Assembly: GCA_963840455.1 (NCBI GenBank)
Contig: CAWIYV010000007.1
Coordinates: 482,838 to 546,837 of the forward strand
Direction: 5' to 3'
Source of the DNA: Nitrospirota bacterium
GTDB taxonomy: Bacteria; Nitrospirota; UBA9217
Length of the DNA: 64,000 bases
The translations under genes were made by a program, and so were the position numbers. The notes beneath the pieces were generated by a model. It was not told where the DNA came from. It was given only the letters and a program-made list of their open reading frames with translations, and did not search any database. Positions within the stretch are counted from its first letter, which is position 1; each line of letters begins with the position of its first letter. Positions 1 through 8,329 of the stretch are shown here, in pieces.

Positions 1-35
1 GTGAACGGACAGTCACTGTTCCTTCAAGAGAACCA

Positions 36-1481
36 ATGCGTTATCAGGTGTCCCGCATGCGCTCCCACCGCCAAAGTTTGGGTACAATTATACTTTTTTT
101 GTCCGACCTTGTCATTCTTTTTCTGATCACCGCCCTTGCGATCATCGTACGCGACATCATTCCCCGCGTCATCTCCTTCTTCCCTCAGTTCACCCGCGAC
201 ATCAGCTATGCGTGGTGGTTCTTTCCCGTCTGGCTCACCATTCTGGCTTATGAAGGGGCATACACCAGGAGGTTCACCCTTTGGGACGAGGTGAAACTTC
301 TTTGGAAGGCCGCGTTCTTTTCGACGCTGGCGATCCTGACCATCGTCTTTCTCGGACAGATCGGTCTGTCGGTATCCCGTACCGTCGTCGTGCTCATCGG
401 CGCGCTTTCGCTCGTTCTCTTCCCGGTTCTGCGGCTATCGCTGAAGCGCCGGCTGGTCAGGGCGGGTTTGCTCAGACGCAGGGTCCTGATCCTCGGGGCC
501 AACGAAACAGGCGTGCTTGCCTTGCGGGCGCTGCGCGGAGAGCCCAATCTGGGGTATGAGGTCGTGGGCTTTCTGGATGATGCTCCAACAGCCGTTCGGA
601 CCTGCATCGAAGGGGTCAAGGTCCACCGCCGGCTCGACCAGGTCGAGCGGTACCTTGCCGCGTGCAACATCCACGACGTGGTTATCGCCCTCCCCGACCG
701 GGACCGGGACATGCTGAACGCACTGGTCACCCGCCTCCAGCACAAGGCAGCGAGCGTTCTTTATTTCCCCGGCTACTCGGGGATCGCGGTCATCGGGACC
801 GAGATACGCCATTTCTTCCATGACCAGGCCTTCGCGCTCGAGATCAAGAACAACCTGGCCGAGCCGCTGAACATCTACACCAAAAAGGCCTTCGATCTCG
901 CCGTCGGTCTGATGCTCTTCCTCCTGCTCGCCGTACCCCTCGCGGTCATCTCGCTCCTGATCATGGCCACCTCGCCGGGCCCGGCGATCTACCGGCAGCA
1001 GCGGGCCGGCAGGAACGGGAACCCGTTTCTTTGCTACAAGTTCCGGACCATGTACCGCGACGCGGACGAGCGTGTGAAGGACATCCTGGCGGCGGACGTG
1101 AAGGCGCGGGAGGAATGGGAGAAATTCCGGAAGTTCAAGGATGATCCGCGAATCACCCCGTTCGGACGGTTCCTGCGCGAGACCTCGCTGGACGAACTTC
1201 CCCAGATCATCAATGTTCTGCGCGGCGAGATGAGCCTGGTGGGACCCCGCCCGGTAACGCGCGAGGAGATCGATCTCTACTACAAGGACAGCGCCGACCT
1301 CTGCTATTCGGTCCTTCCGGGGATAACAGGACTCTGGCAGGTCAGCGGCAGGAGCAACACCTCCTACGACTATCGCATTATGCTCGATTCGTGGTATGTG
1401 CGGAACTGGAACCTCTGGCTGGACATCGTGATCCTCATCAAGACGGTCCACGTGGTGATCAACAAGGAAGGCGCCCGGTAG
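36..1481 (+). CDS. Initiating polyprenyl-phosphate hexose-1-phosphate transferase (WbaP/WcaJ-type, bacterial sugar transferase family)
   Basis: 481-codon ATG ORF. N-terminal hydrophobic helices and a central Rossmann-like segment (RRVLILGANETG). C-terminal catalytic motifs of the bacterial sugar transferase family: AIYRQQRAGRNGNPFLCYKFRTM, DELPQIINVLRGEMSLVGPRP, PGITGLWQVSGRS. Confidence 0.9.
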   Translation: MRYQVSRMRSHRQSLGTIILFLSDLVILFLITALAIIVRDIIPRVISFFPQFTRDISYAWWFFPVWLTILAYEGAYTRRFTLWDEVKLLWKAAFFSTLAILTIVFLGQIGLSVSRTVVVLIGALSLVLFPVLRLSLKRRLVRAGLLRRRVLILGANETGVLALRALRGEPNLGYEVVGFLDDAPTAVRTCIEGVKVHRRLDQVERYLAACNIHDVVIALPDRDRDMLNALVTRLQHKAASVLYFPGYSGIAVIGTEIRHFFHDQAFALEIKNNLAEPLNIYTKKAFDLAVGLMLFLLLAVPLAVISLLIMATSPGPAIYRQQRAGRNGNPFLCYKFRTMYRDADERVKDILAADVKAREEWEKFRKFKDDPRITPFGRFLRETSLDELPQIINVLRGEMSLVGPRPVTREEIDLYYKDSADLCYSVLPGITGLWQVSGRSNTSYDYRIMLDSWYVRNWNLWLDIVILIKTVHVVINKEGAR

Positions 1482-1484
1482 AGC

Positions 1485-2660
1485 TCAGGGGGAACGGAAG
1501 CTTCGCGGCGATGATTTTTCTATCAGCTGTTCTTGCGGATGTCCCGATAGTTTTTCCCGAATAAAGGCGTTGAGCTCTTTTCGGAACCGCAGCGGATTGA
1601 ACCGCTCGGCGTTCTTCCTGATTGTGCGCGGTACAAAACGGTCGCGGCTTTCCTTGAATTTCCGGACTGCCCCGATCAGCGCATCGACGGTCTGTTCGTA
1701 GAAGAACACGCCGGTCGCACCTCCCTCTTCAGCCCGTTCCAGCGGAATGACGGTCTCCGTCGCGCCTCCTCTGCCATAGGCGATCACCGGCGTTCCGCAT
1801 GCCTGGGCCTCGACGGGAATGATGCCGAAATCCTCTTCCGCGGCGAACACAAAGGCCTGTGCGCGTTGCATCAGACCGCGCAGCACCTCTCCCCGCTGGT
1901 AACCCAGAATCTCGATGTTCGCGCCTGCAAGGGACCGTATCTTCTCCAGGTCGGGCCCCTCACCGACAACTTTCAACCTCTCGCCAGGCAGCGCGGCGAA
2001 GGCCTTCACGATCAGGTCCATCTTTTTATAGGGGACCATCCGCGAGGCCGCGAGAAAATAGTCATCCCTCTTCTCAACGAGCGTGAACTCATCAACGCTC
2101 ACGGGCGGATAGATCACCGTCGCGTCCCGTCCATAGGCCCGCCTAATCCGATCGGCAATATACTGTGAATTCGCGATGAAGTGGTCTACTCGCGAAGCCG
2201 TCTTCAGGTCCCATCGGCGGATCCATTCCAGGACGGCACGCGCAGCGATACCCTTCAGGCCGCGATCAAGTCCGGTCTCACGGAGGTACTGCTCGCGCAG
2301 GTCCCACGCGTAGCGCATCGGTGTATGGCAATAGCAGATGTGCAATTGGCCGGGCCGCGTCCGGACGCCTTTCGCGACAGCATGGGACGAGGAGAGGATG
2401 AGGTCGTAGGCGGAGAGATCGAACCGTTCTATGGCAAGAGGCATGAGGGGAAGATAATTGCGGTAGCGGGTCCTTGCGTATGGCAGATGCTGGAGGAACG
2501 ATGTCCCTGCAGATTTCTTGACCCCGTGCCGTTCGGACGACGGCAGAAAATCGACCAGCGTAAAGAGGTCGGCGTCCGGATAGAGGGCCAGCAGCTGCTC
2601 CAGCACTCGCTCCGATCCGGCATAGGAAGTGAGCCAATCATGGACAACCGCTGTCTTCAT
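1485..2660 (-). CDS. Glycosyltransferase, GT-B fold (family 4 / group 1)
   Basis: 391-codon ORF starting MKTAVVHDWL. C-terminal GT4-type nucleotide-sugar binding region (FVFAAEEDFGIIPVEAQACGTPVIAYGRGGATETV). High GC like the flanking genome. Confidence 0.8.
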   Translation of the reverse strand: MKTAVVHDWLTSYAGSERVLEQLLALYPDADLFTLVDFLPSSERHGVKKSAGTSFLQHLPYARTRYRNYLPLMPLAIERFDLSAYDLILSSSHAVAKGVRTRPGQLHICYCHTPMRYAWDLREQYLRETGLDRGLKGIAARAVLEWIRRWDLKTASRVDHFIANSQYIADRIRRAYGRDATVIYPPVSVDEFTLVEKRDDYFLAASRMVPYKKMDLIVKAFAALPGERLKVVGEGPDLEKIRSLAGANIEILGYQRGEVLRGLMQRAQAFVFAAEEDFGIIPVEAQACGTPVIAYGRGGATETVIPLERAEEGGATGVFFYEQTVDALIGAVRKFKESRDRFVPRTIRKNAERFNPLRFRKELNAFIREKLSGHPQEQLIEKSSPRSFRSP

Positions 2661-2902
2661 GATGCACCTATATAGAAGTTCATCTCGAGGCGATTGATGA
2701 CCGAAAGCCGCATGACCTTGTCCACACCGGGGATGCGCCTGGCGATATCGAAGATGGATGATCCGGTAAAATACATCATTCGGTAGTTCGGAAAGGGACG
2801 ATTCCAGCCTTGCACGATCTCCGAGGAGAGGTCCGTGTCGTCGATAGCCGCCGTCTGGAGAAAAGCGACCTCCGGAGGCCGGCAGGAATACCTACGGAGC
2901 AA
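2657..2902 (-). pseudogene. Possible remnant of a methyltransferase C-terminus (TTG-initiated 81-codon ORF)
   Basis: The ORF ends ...RLEMNFYIGAS. The neighbouring tandem methyltransferase ends ...EHLETNFYIGQE. About 14 of 19 nt are identical over the terminal codons (tatagaagttcatctcgag vs tgtagaaatttgtctccag). No ATG until codon 42. It sits exactly at the left GC-content junction. Confidence 0.3.
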
Positions 2903-3007
2903 CGGCGGCGCAATGCTCCCAGCAGCCAGACGCCTGAGATGCCTACGTACTGGTCAATTATCCTCAACACGGAGTTGCCTCGTTCGGGATGCCGAGTGAC
3001 GCGTATT

Positions 3008-4699
3008 CTACTCTTGTCCGATGTAGAAATTTGTCTCCAGATGCTCGCGATAGGGATAATCCAGGAACTCCCGGGAATAGTTCCGCTGTTTTTCGAACAG
3101 GAAGAATATCCCCCATGCCATGTTCGGGAACAGCCAGGCCAAGGGCCGCGCAATGACCGGTGGGAAAGGGTAAAAGTTGCTGCCGCCGAACTTCTTCAGC
3201 CGGTACCCGCCGGGAAAACAGCTTTCCATGAAGCTGATCATATCTCGTTTCGTATATCCGCGGATATGCGCGGAATTGTTTTTCAGGGGACTCGGCTGTC
3301 TGCCGAACGCCAGCAATATCCGGTTGTGCAGAGATGCAAGATTGGGGACGCCCAGGATCATCTTGCCGCCCACGGGAAGGACGCGGCTGATCTCATGACA
3401 GATCCAGAAAAGCTCCTTTACGTGTTCCAAAACCTGATTCGCTATGACGACATCAACGGACCGGTCTGCAAACGGAAGTTTGTCCCGTTCTATGTTTATT
3501 GCATGGACGCGGATTCCCTTTTCCTGGAGCCTTGCTGCGTAGACCGGGTACACTTCCACGGCATGGAGATCTGCATGCGGGTCAGTGCTTCGAGCAAGCA
3601 TCAGATCATCTCCCTGCCCTGCCCCGATATCGAGGATTGTGTGAAAAGGCCCGGCTGCGGTCAAATAGTTTTTGATATGATGCCTGCCGTAGTTCAGGGA
3701 ACGATCGATGAACTTCCAGGTAGTATAGTAATGCTCATGACACGTAGCGAGTGAAACGTTATCGGCCCTTTTGGCGATCAACATCACATTGTTGCCTCTG
3801 AACCAGGCGAACAGGAAGGGAAAACTCAGCAGCGCGAACGGTAATAACAGTATGTCGCGGATAAGCCTCGGTTTCAATCTGGATAAAACAAACCTGACCG
3901 CTGGCTTTTTCAGAATGTTCTCTTTTATGGTCCCCGGTTCCTGGATGGTCAGTCCTTTGCGGTACATGCCGAGACTTTTGTAGATGATTACTCGAACCAG
4001 ATAGCCCAAGAACATTCTGAATGAGCTGAACCGGGACCCGAGACGAACATCAATGACGTTGAAACCATGCAGCGAGAAAAAGCTCTTTAAAGACCGCTCC
4101 GTCCATCGGGTCAGATGGTGCGGAGGATAGTCGTTGAACTCACGCAGGGGCCACTTGTCGCGGTATGGTACGCTGATGACGAGGGCGCCATCCTTTTTGA
4201 GAAACCGCGATAATCCCGCAAGAAATTTCATCGGGTTTTCCAGATGCTCAAGGACCTCGAAGGAGGTAATGACATCAAACTGGGATACGCCGGTCTTCTC
4301 CGCTACTTCCTGGAGCGCGCACCGGTACGTTGTTTTCAGCCCGAACAAACGCTTCCCCGCATCGATTGAGTCCTGTGAAAAATCTATGCCGAAGGCATGG
4401 AAGCCGTTTTGTTGCGCGTAATTGACGAATACGCCTTCTCCGCAACCTACATCCAGGAGTGTTCCCTTTGTAGGCGATTTTAAAATGGCCCATTTGTAGT
4501 AATCGCGAATGCTGGTATCAATAATGCTGTGCCGAATGATATATGCCGAATCGTACCAGTCACTTCCCGGCGGCCGCATGGGATGCGAGAATTCCAGGTC
4601 GCAATGCGAGCATCGCATGATGTCGAATTCATCGATTTTTTCGGTTATTTGGAAGCCGCTGTTCGCTTCGCAACCAGGGCATACTGTTTCTTGACCCAT
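3008..4699 (-). CDS. Tandem (two-domain) class I SAM-dependent methyltransferase with N-terminal zinc ribbon
   Basis: CPGC..(17)..CSHC zinc ribbon. First SAM motif LLDVGCGEGVF with FEVLEHLENP. Hydrophobic linker (ILLLPFALLSFPFLFAWF). Second SAM motif ILDIGAGQGDD with NQVLEHVKE. I prefer the ATG at 4699, preceded by AAGGGAG at 9 nt, over the GTG at 4804 given in the ORF track. It still overlaps the wzx 3' end by 55 nt. Confidence 0.8.
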   Translation of the reverse strand: MGQETVCPGCEANSGFQITEKIDEFDIMRCSHCDLEFSHPMRPPGSDWYDSAYIIRHSIIDTSIRDYYKWAILKSPTKGTLLDVGCGEGVFVNYAQQNGFHAFGIDFSQDSIDAGKRLFGLKTTYRCALQEVAEKTGVSQFDVITSFEVLEHLENPMKFLAGLSRFLKKDGALVISVPYRDKWPLREFNDYPPHHLTRWTERSLKSFFSLHGFNVIDVRLGSRFSSFRMFLGYLVRVIIYKSLGMYRKGLTIQEPGTIKENILKKPAVRFVLSRLKPRLIRDILLLPFALLSFPFLFAWFRGNNVMLIAKRADNVSLATCHEHYYTTWKFIDRSLNYGRHHIKNYLTAAGPFHTILDIGAGQGDDLMLARSTDPHADLHAVEVYPVYAARLQEKGIRVHAINIERDKLPFADRSVDVVIANQVLEHVKELFWICHEISRVLPVGGKMILGVPNLASLHNRILLAFGRQPSPLKNNSAHIRGYTKRDMISFMESCFPGGYRLKKFGGSNFYPFPPVIARPLAWLFPNMAWGIFFLFEKQRNYSREFLDYPYREHLETNFYIGQE

Positions 4700-6096
4700 C
4701 CAACTATCTCCCTTCGGACCGGTGACGCAATGAACCAGAGAACCGACATGATAATAGCTGCTGAGATCGTTTCTGTCAATGATCGATGAAGCGCTATGAG
4801 CCACAGAAGCGTGGTGAGGCCGGCAGCCGCGAGCAGTACGGTGAGGTAGCCGAAGATCATGTTCGTGGCAATCCCGGCTTCACTGAGCTGCCGGATTAAA
4901 ACCATGCAGGCAGCAAGAGCGACCCATTCAGTGATGGGAAGTCCGAAAAAGCCTGCTGAGCGTGTGAGGACGATCAAGACCGGCCAATAAAGAATGTTAT
5001 AGACGCCATAAAAAAAGAAGGGCTTTTGCGCCCCGCCATGGGCGCTCATGAGAGAACTCAGAATCATCATCATGGCCATGGCCAGATGGGGGAACATGAT
5101 GATGACCATGACATCGGACATGGCGATCCACGTGCCGCCATAGACAACAGGGACCCAGCGGGGACTCAACGCGACGATCAATCCCATAGCGGGCACCAGC
5201 ATGAAATACAGGATATCCAGTATCTTTTTCAGACTACTTTGCAACTCGCTTACGGTCTTGTCTGTCCTTGAAAAAACGCTCATGGACAACCGGAAGGCTA
5301 TTGTTACGAGCACTCTGGGGTATTCGACCGTCTTATAGGCAAGCTGCAATAGGCCGAGATCTCGAATCCCCAGAAATAAGCCTGCAACAACGGATCCACC
5401 ATAAATAGGCAGCCACTGCAGGGCGATAAAGCTGGTATAGGGAAAGCTGAATTTCCCGATTTTTATTATGATCTCTCGGTCAAAGGAAAAATAGAGAGGT
5501 TCTGCAGCCTTCCTCAGCGCAACAAAGGTAGAGATGACCCCGCGGAAAAGATTTCCTGCCACGATCCCCTGGTAGGGATGCCCGGCCAAGGCCAAGACGA
5601 CAGCGATACCGTTAAACGTCAGGATATCGGAAAGCTCGGCAACGGCCGCAACGCTGTACTGGAGGTTTCGCTCGGAAAGACCGCAGGTCACGTAGCGCCA
5701 TCCGTAAAAAAAGCCTCCCAGTACCGTCGAGGCCAGAAGCGGAAAAAGGTCCTGTGAAGATAGGCGGTTTGCAAGCACCGGCGAAAAAACAAGAATGAGC
5801 AGGGACCATGCAATGGACAGGAAGCTCTGAAACGAATAGCAGTTGCCGATCGTCTTCCTGTCAGGAACCGTCTCGCTCTGGATCAGGTAACCCCAGCATC
5901 CGTGGCTGAGGAGAGCGAACACGGTCAACACGACCTGAGAGACGGCAAAGATACCCCATAGTTCAGGACCGCCCTTTCGGGCGATGACGATCGTTCCGGC
6001 AATATTAATGAGAAAACCTATGCCGTACCTGAGGAAAAGCTGTCTGGCCCCTGCTTTTGCTGCAAGCCCGATATTTTCTTTGAGTTCGGAAACCAT
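4645..6096 (-). CDS. wzx: Wzx-like oligo/polysaccharide flippase (MOP superfamily, polytopic membrane protein)
   Basis: 483-codon ORF that is almost entirely hydrophobic helices (about 12-14 TM). The N-terminus (GLAAKAGARQLFLRYGIGFLINIAGTIVIARKGGPELWG) is typical of polysaccharide biosynthesis (Polysacc_synt) flippases. Confidence 0.75.
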   Translation of the reverse strand: MVSELKENIGLAAKAGARQLFLRYGIGFLINIAGTIVIARKGGPELWGIFAVSQVVLTVFALLSHGCWGYLIQSETVPDRKTIGNCYSFQSFLSIAWSLLILVFSPVLANRLSSQDLFPLLASTVLGGFFYGWRYVTCGLSERNLQYSVAAVAELSDILTFNGIAVVLALAGHPYQGIVAGNLFRGVISTFVALRKAAEPLYFSFDREIIIKIGKFSFPYTSFIALQWLPIYGGSVVAGLFLGIRDLGLLQLAYKTVEYPRVLVTIAFRLSMSVFSRTDKTVSELQSSLKKILDILYFMLVPAMGLIVALSPRWVPVVYGGTWIAMSDVMVIIMFPHLAMAMMMILSSLMSAHGGAQKPFFFYGVYNILYWPVLIVLTRSAGFFGLPITEWVALAACMVLIRQLSEAGIATNMIFGYLTVLLAAAGLTTLLWLIALHRSLTETISAAIIMSVLWFIASPVRREIVGWVKKQYALVAKRTAASK

Positions 6097-6155
6097 TTAC
6101 TATTCTTTACCCTTTGTCTCTCACTGCGTGAACGAAACATGGACAGGGAGGATAG

Positions 6156-7022
6156 TTATTTAGCAAGAAGCCAGATGCATTTATTAGCGAGCCGTGGGAG
6201 GGACCCGATCCATGCCAGGGGCCCCAAATTGCCGATCAGGATTTTATGGTTATGCAAATAATCCTTATACCATTGTCGCTTGTCTGAATCTCGACTGCCT
6301 CCCGTCGCCACTTCATGATGAACGACAATGGCATCGCCTACGTAGCGACCGAACATCCCTTTTTTTGCCAGGCGAAGCCCAAAATCAGCTTCAAAACCCC
6401 AGGCGTTTCCACGATAGGATTCCTTAAATCCGCCGATTCTCAGGAAAGCCTCTCTTTTCACCGCCATATTACAGGCACGGGGAGTATTGATTAGGCAGGT
6501 ACCCGGTTGGTCGAAATTTCCGAAGATGAAACCTATTCTATTGGTCCATCCGATTATTCTGCCCCGGATCTTATTGTTCGAGGACAGGAACAGACCGCAG
6601 CACCACTCGACAAGGATCCGGTTCCATTCCGAGAATGCCGATTTCCCCTTGCGAGAACGAACCTCTCGTCCGCTTGTGTAGCATAGATCGACATCCGCGG
6701 CAAAAGCAGTCATGTGCGATTCAAACCAGCCGAAATGCGGTATCGCGTCGTCGTCGAGGAAAATGATGATGTCGGCAGACGATGTGCGAACGCATCGGTT
6801 CATGGTCGCCGTGGTGCTTGGGGCATCCCGTTTCTCGATTCGCAGATGGGGATCACGCGCAAGTTCCGAGCTCCATGGTTCAGATGGCATTTCGCCCTGC
6901 AGGCCGAGGCAGATCGGCAGCCGCGGATAGAGTGTGCGGATCGTCCTGACGGTATCCTGTAACACTGAGATCCGGTTATAACTGGGTATGATGATCTCTA
7001 CAGACAGGTTTGTTATCGCCAC
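6156..7022 (-). CDS. Glycosyltransferase family 2 (GT-A)
   Basis: N-terminal IIIPSYNR motif and a DxD region (IIIFLDDDAIP). 288 codons. Confidence 0.8.
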   Translation of the reverse strand: MAITNLSVEIIIPSYNRISVLQDTVRTIRTLYPRLPICLGLQGEMPSEPWSSELARDPHLRIEKRDAPSTTATMNRCVRTSSADIIIFLDDDAIPHFGWFESHMTAFAADVDLCYTSGREVRSRKGKSAFSEWNRILVEWCCGLFLSSNNKIRGRIIGWTNRIGFIFGNFDQPGTCLINTPRACNMAVKREAFLRIGGFKESYRGNAWGFEADFGLRLAKKGMFGRYVGDAIVVHHEVATGGSRDSDKRQWYKDYLHNHKILIGNLGPLAWIGSLPRLANKCIWLLAK

Positions 7023-7113
7023 GTGACCGACTCTCCGACATCTGATCGGATACAGGATGTCCTATTTCCGTTACCGGGTCTGAATGCCGTCGTGATCTGA
7101 ATGCGCATCCCGC

Positions 7114-7989
7114 CTACCTCGACCGGAGATACGCGCTGACCCTGCGGGGCATGACCTTTTTGAGCAAGTTCTTGATGCATACGCCGGCCAGTTTCGTCAG
7201 ATGGTAAAGGTCGATCATGACCGGATGATCGGTATAGTTTCGCGCGATGTGCCACTGGTCCAGAGACAGGCGGAGGTTCCGCGATGCCGAGAAGCCATCT
7301 GCGAGAACACGCGAGATCACGATCTGGGTTCGATGGAACCTGCGGCGCTGTTGATGCAATGAATAGATGAATTCGTAATCAGCGGCGATACGGCTGGTGA
7401 TATTGAACTTGTAACGCTTTATAAGCGAGGTCTTGACAAGCATGGCCTGATGAGAAAAAATCATCCCCTTCCAGAGATCGCTGATCGGTCCCGCCGTGCG
7501 GATCGATCGGTAGCCACCCTCATAGTCCTCCTGGTGCCCGCCGTAGACCACCTCCGCGTCCGGCGGAATATCCTGGACGACGTTCTTGAGCACTTCGCTG
7601 TCGCAGAATACATCCCCGGCATTGAGGAAAAGCACCCATTCACCGCCGGCACGATCAACGCCCTTGTTCATGGCATCGTAGATCCCCTTATCGGGTTCGC
7701 TGGTCCAGTAGTCGATCTTCGTATCATACCGACGGACCACATCCAGCGTCCCATCGGCCGAGCCTCCATCGATGACGATGAACTCGACCTCATCATACGT
7801 CTGGCCAAGGACGCTCAAAATGGTCCTTTCGATGAGGTCTTTCGCGTTCCAAACCACGGTGACAATACTAATGAGTTCCTTGCCTGCGGTCGATGGACGC
7901 GGTCCTGCCTGGCGCGTCCGTACGCCTCCCTCCACCCGGGTAAAAGCCGGGAGGGGGGGTTGATCGCTGTGTATGATTGTTCGCAACAT
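7114..7989 (-). CDS. Glycosyltransferase family 2 (GT-A)
   Basis: ISIVTVVWNAKDLIERTILSVLGQTYDEVEFIVIDGGSADGT plus a later NAGD motif. About 45 residues of N-terminal extension precede the GT2 core, so the true start may lie downstream. This gene is GC-rich (65% on one counted line), unlike its neighbours. Confidence 0.8.
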   Translation of the reverse strand: MLRTIIHSDQPPLPAFTRVEGGVRTRQAGPRPSTAGKELISIVTVVWNAKDLIERTILSVLGQTYDEVEFIVIDGGSADGTLDVVRRYDTKIDYWTSEPDKGIYDAMNKGVDRAGGEWVLFLNAGDVFCDSEVLKNVVQDIPPDAEVVYGGHQEDYEGGYRSIRTAGPISDLWKGMIFSHQAMLVKTSLIKRYKFNITSRIAADYEFIYSLHQQRRRFHRTQIVISRVLADGFSASRNLRLSLDQWHIARNYTDHPVMIDLYHLTKLAGVCIKNLLKKVMPRRVSAYLRSR

Positions 7990-8072
7990 CAGTCGCTATT
8001 TCTCTGTCTCGATCGCCTAATGCTGCACGCGGCGCGATTTACTTCAATGGGTCGCTCTTGCTGGATCGAAGC

Positions 8073-8089
8073 AATGCATCGTATGCATT
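8073..8089. repeat. Perfect 7-bp inverted repeat AATGCAT-cgt-ATGCATT in an AT-rich intergenic spacer
   Basis: Read directly: aatgcat (8073-8079) and atgcatt (8083-8089) are reverse complements. It lies about 85 nt upstream of the GT2 start at 7989. Confidence 0.9.
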
Positions 8090-8329
8090 AGCCTGCGGTC
8101 CAAAAAAGACCATATTCCCTTTCTATCCAGACTTTCCATCCTATCTCGCGAAGGTATTTTGCATACTGACCGATGTTGGCCATACAGAGAAGACGAGATC
8201 AACATGGTCATAGAATAAGATTCTTTGTAATCGTGCCGATTCGCAGGTATCAGGAGTGAATATGAGTAATTCAATACCGAATGATCTGCTTATTTATCAG
8301 ATGTTTATTTTGTTTGTTACAGTATTAAT

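Noticed and set aside
2776-3754. 125-aa (minus) and 314-aa (+) ORFs overlapping the methyltransferase 3' region
   Set aside because: They are antisense or out of frame relative to the well-supported tandem methyltransferase, and have Arg/Ser-rich sequences with no motifs.
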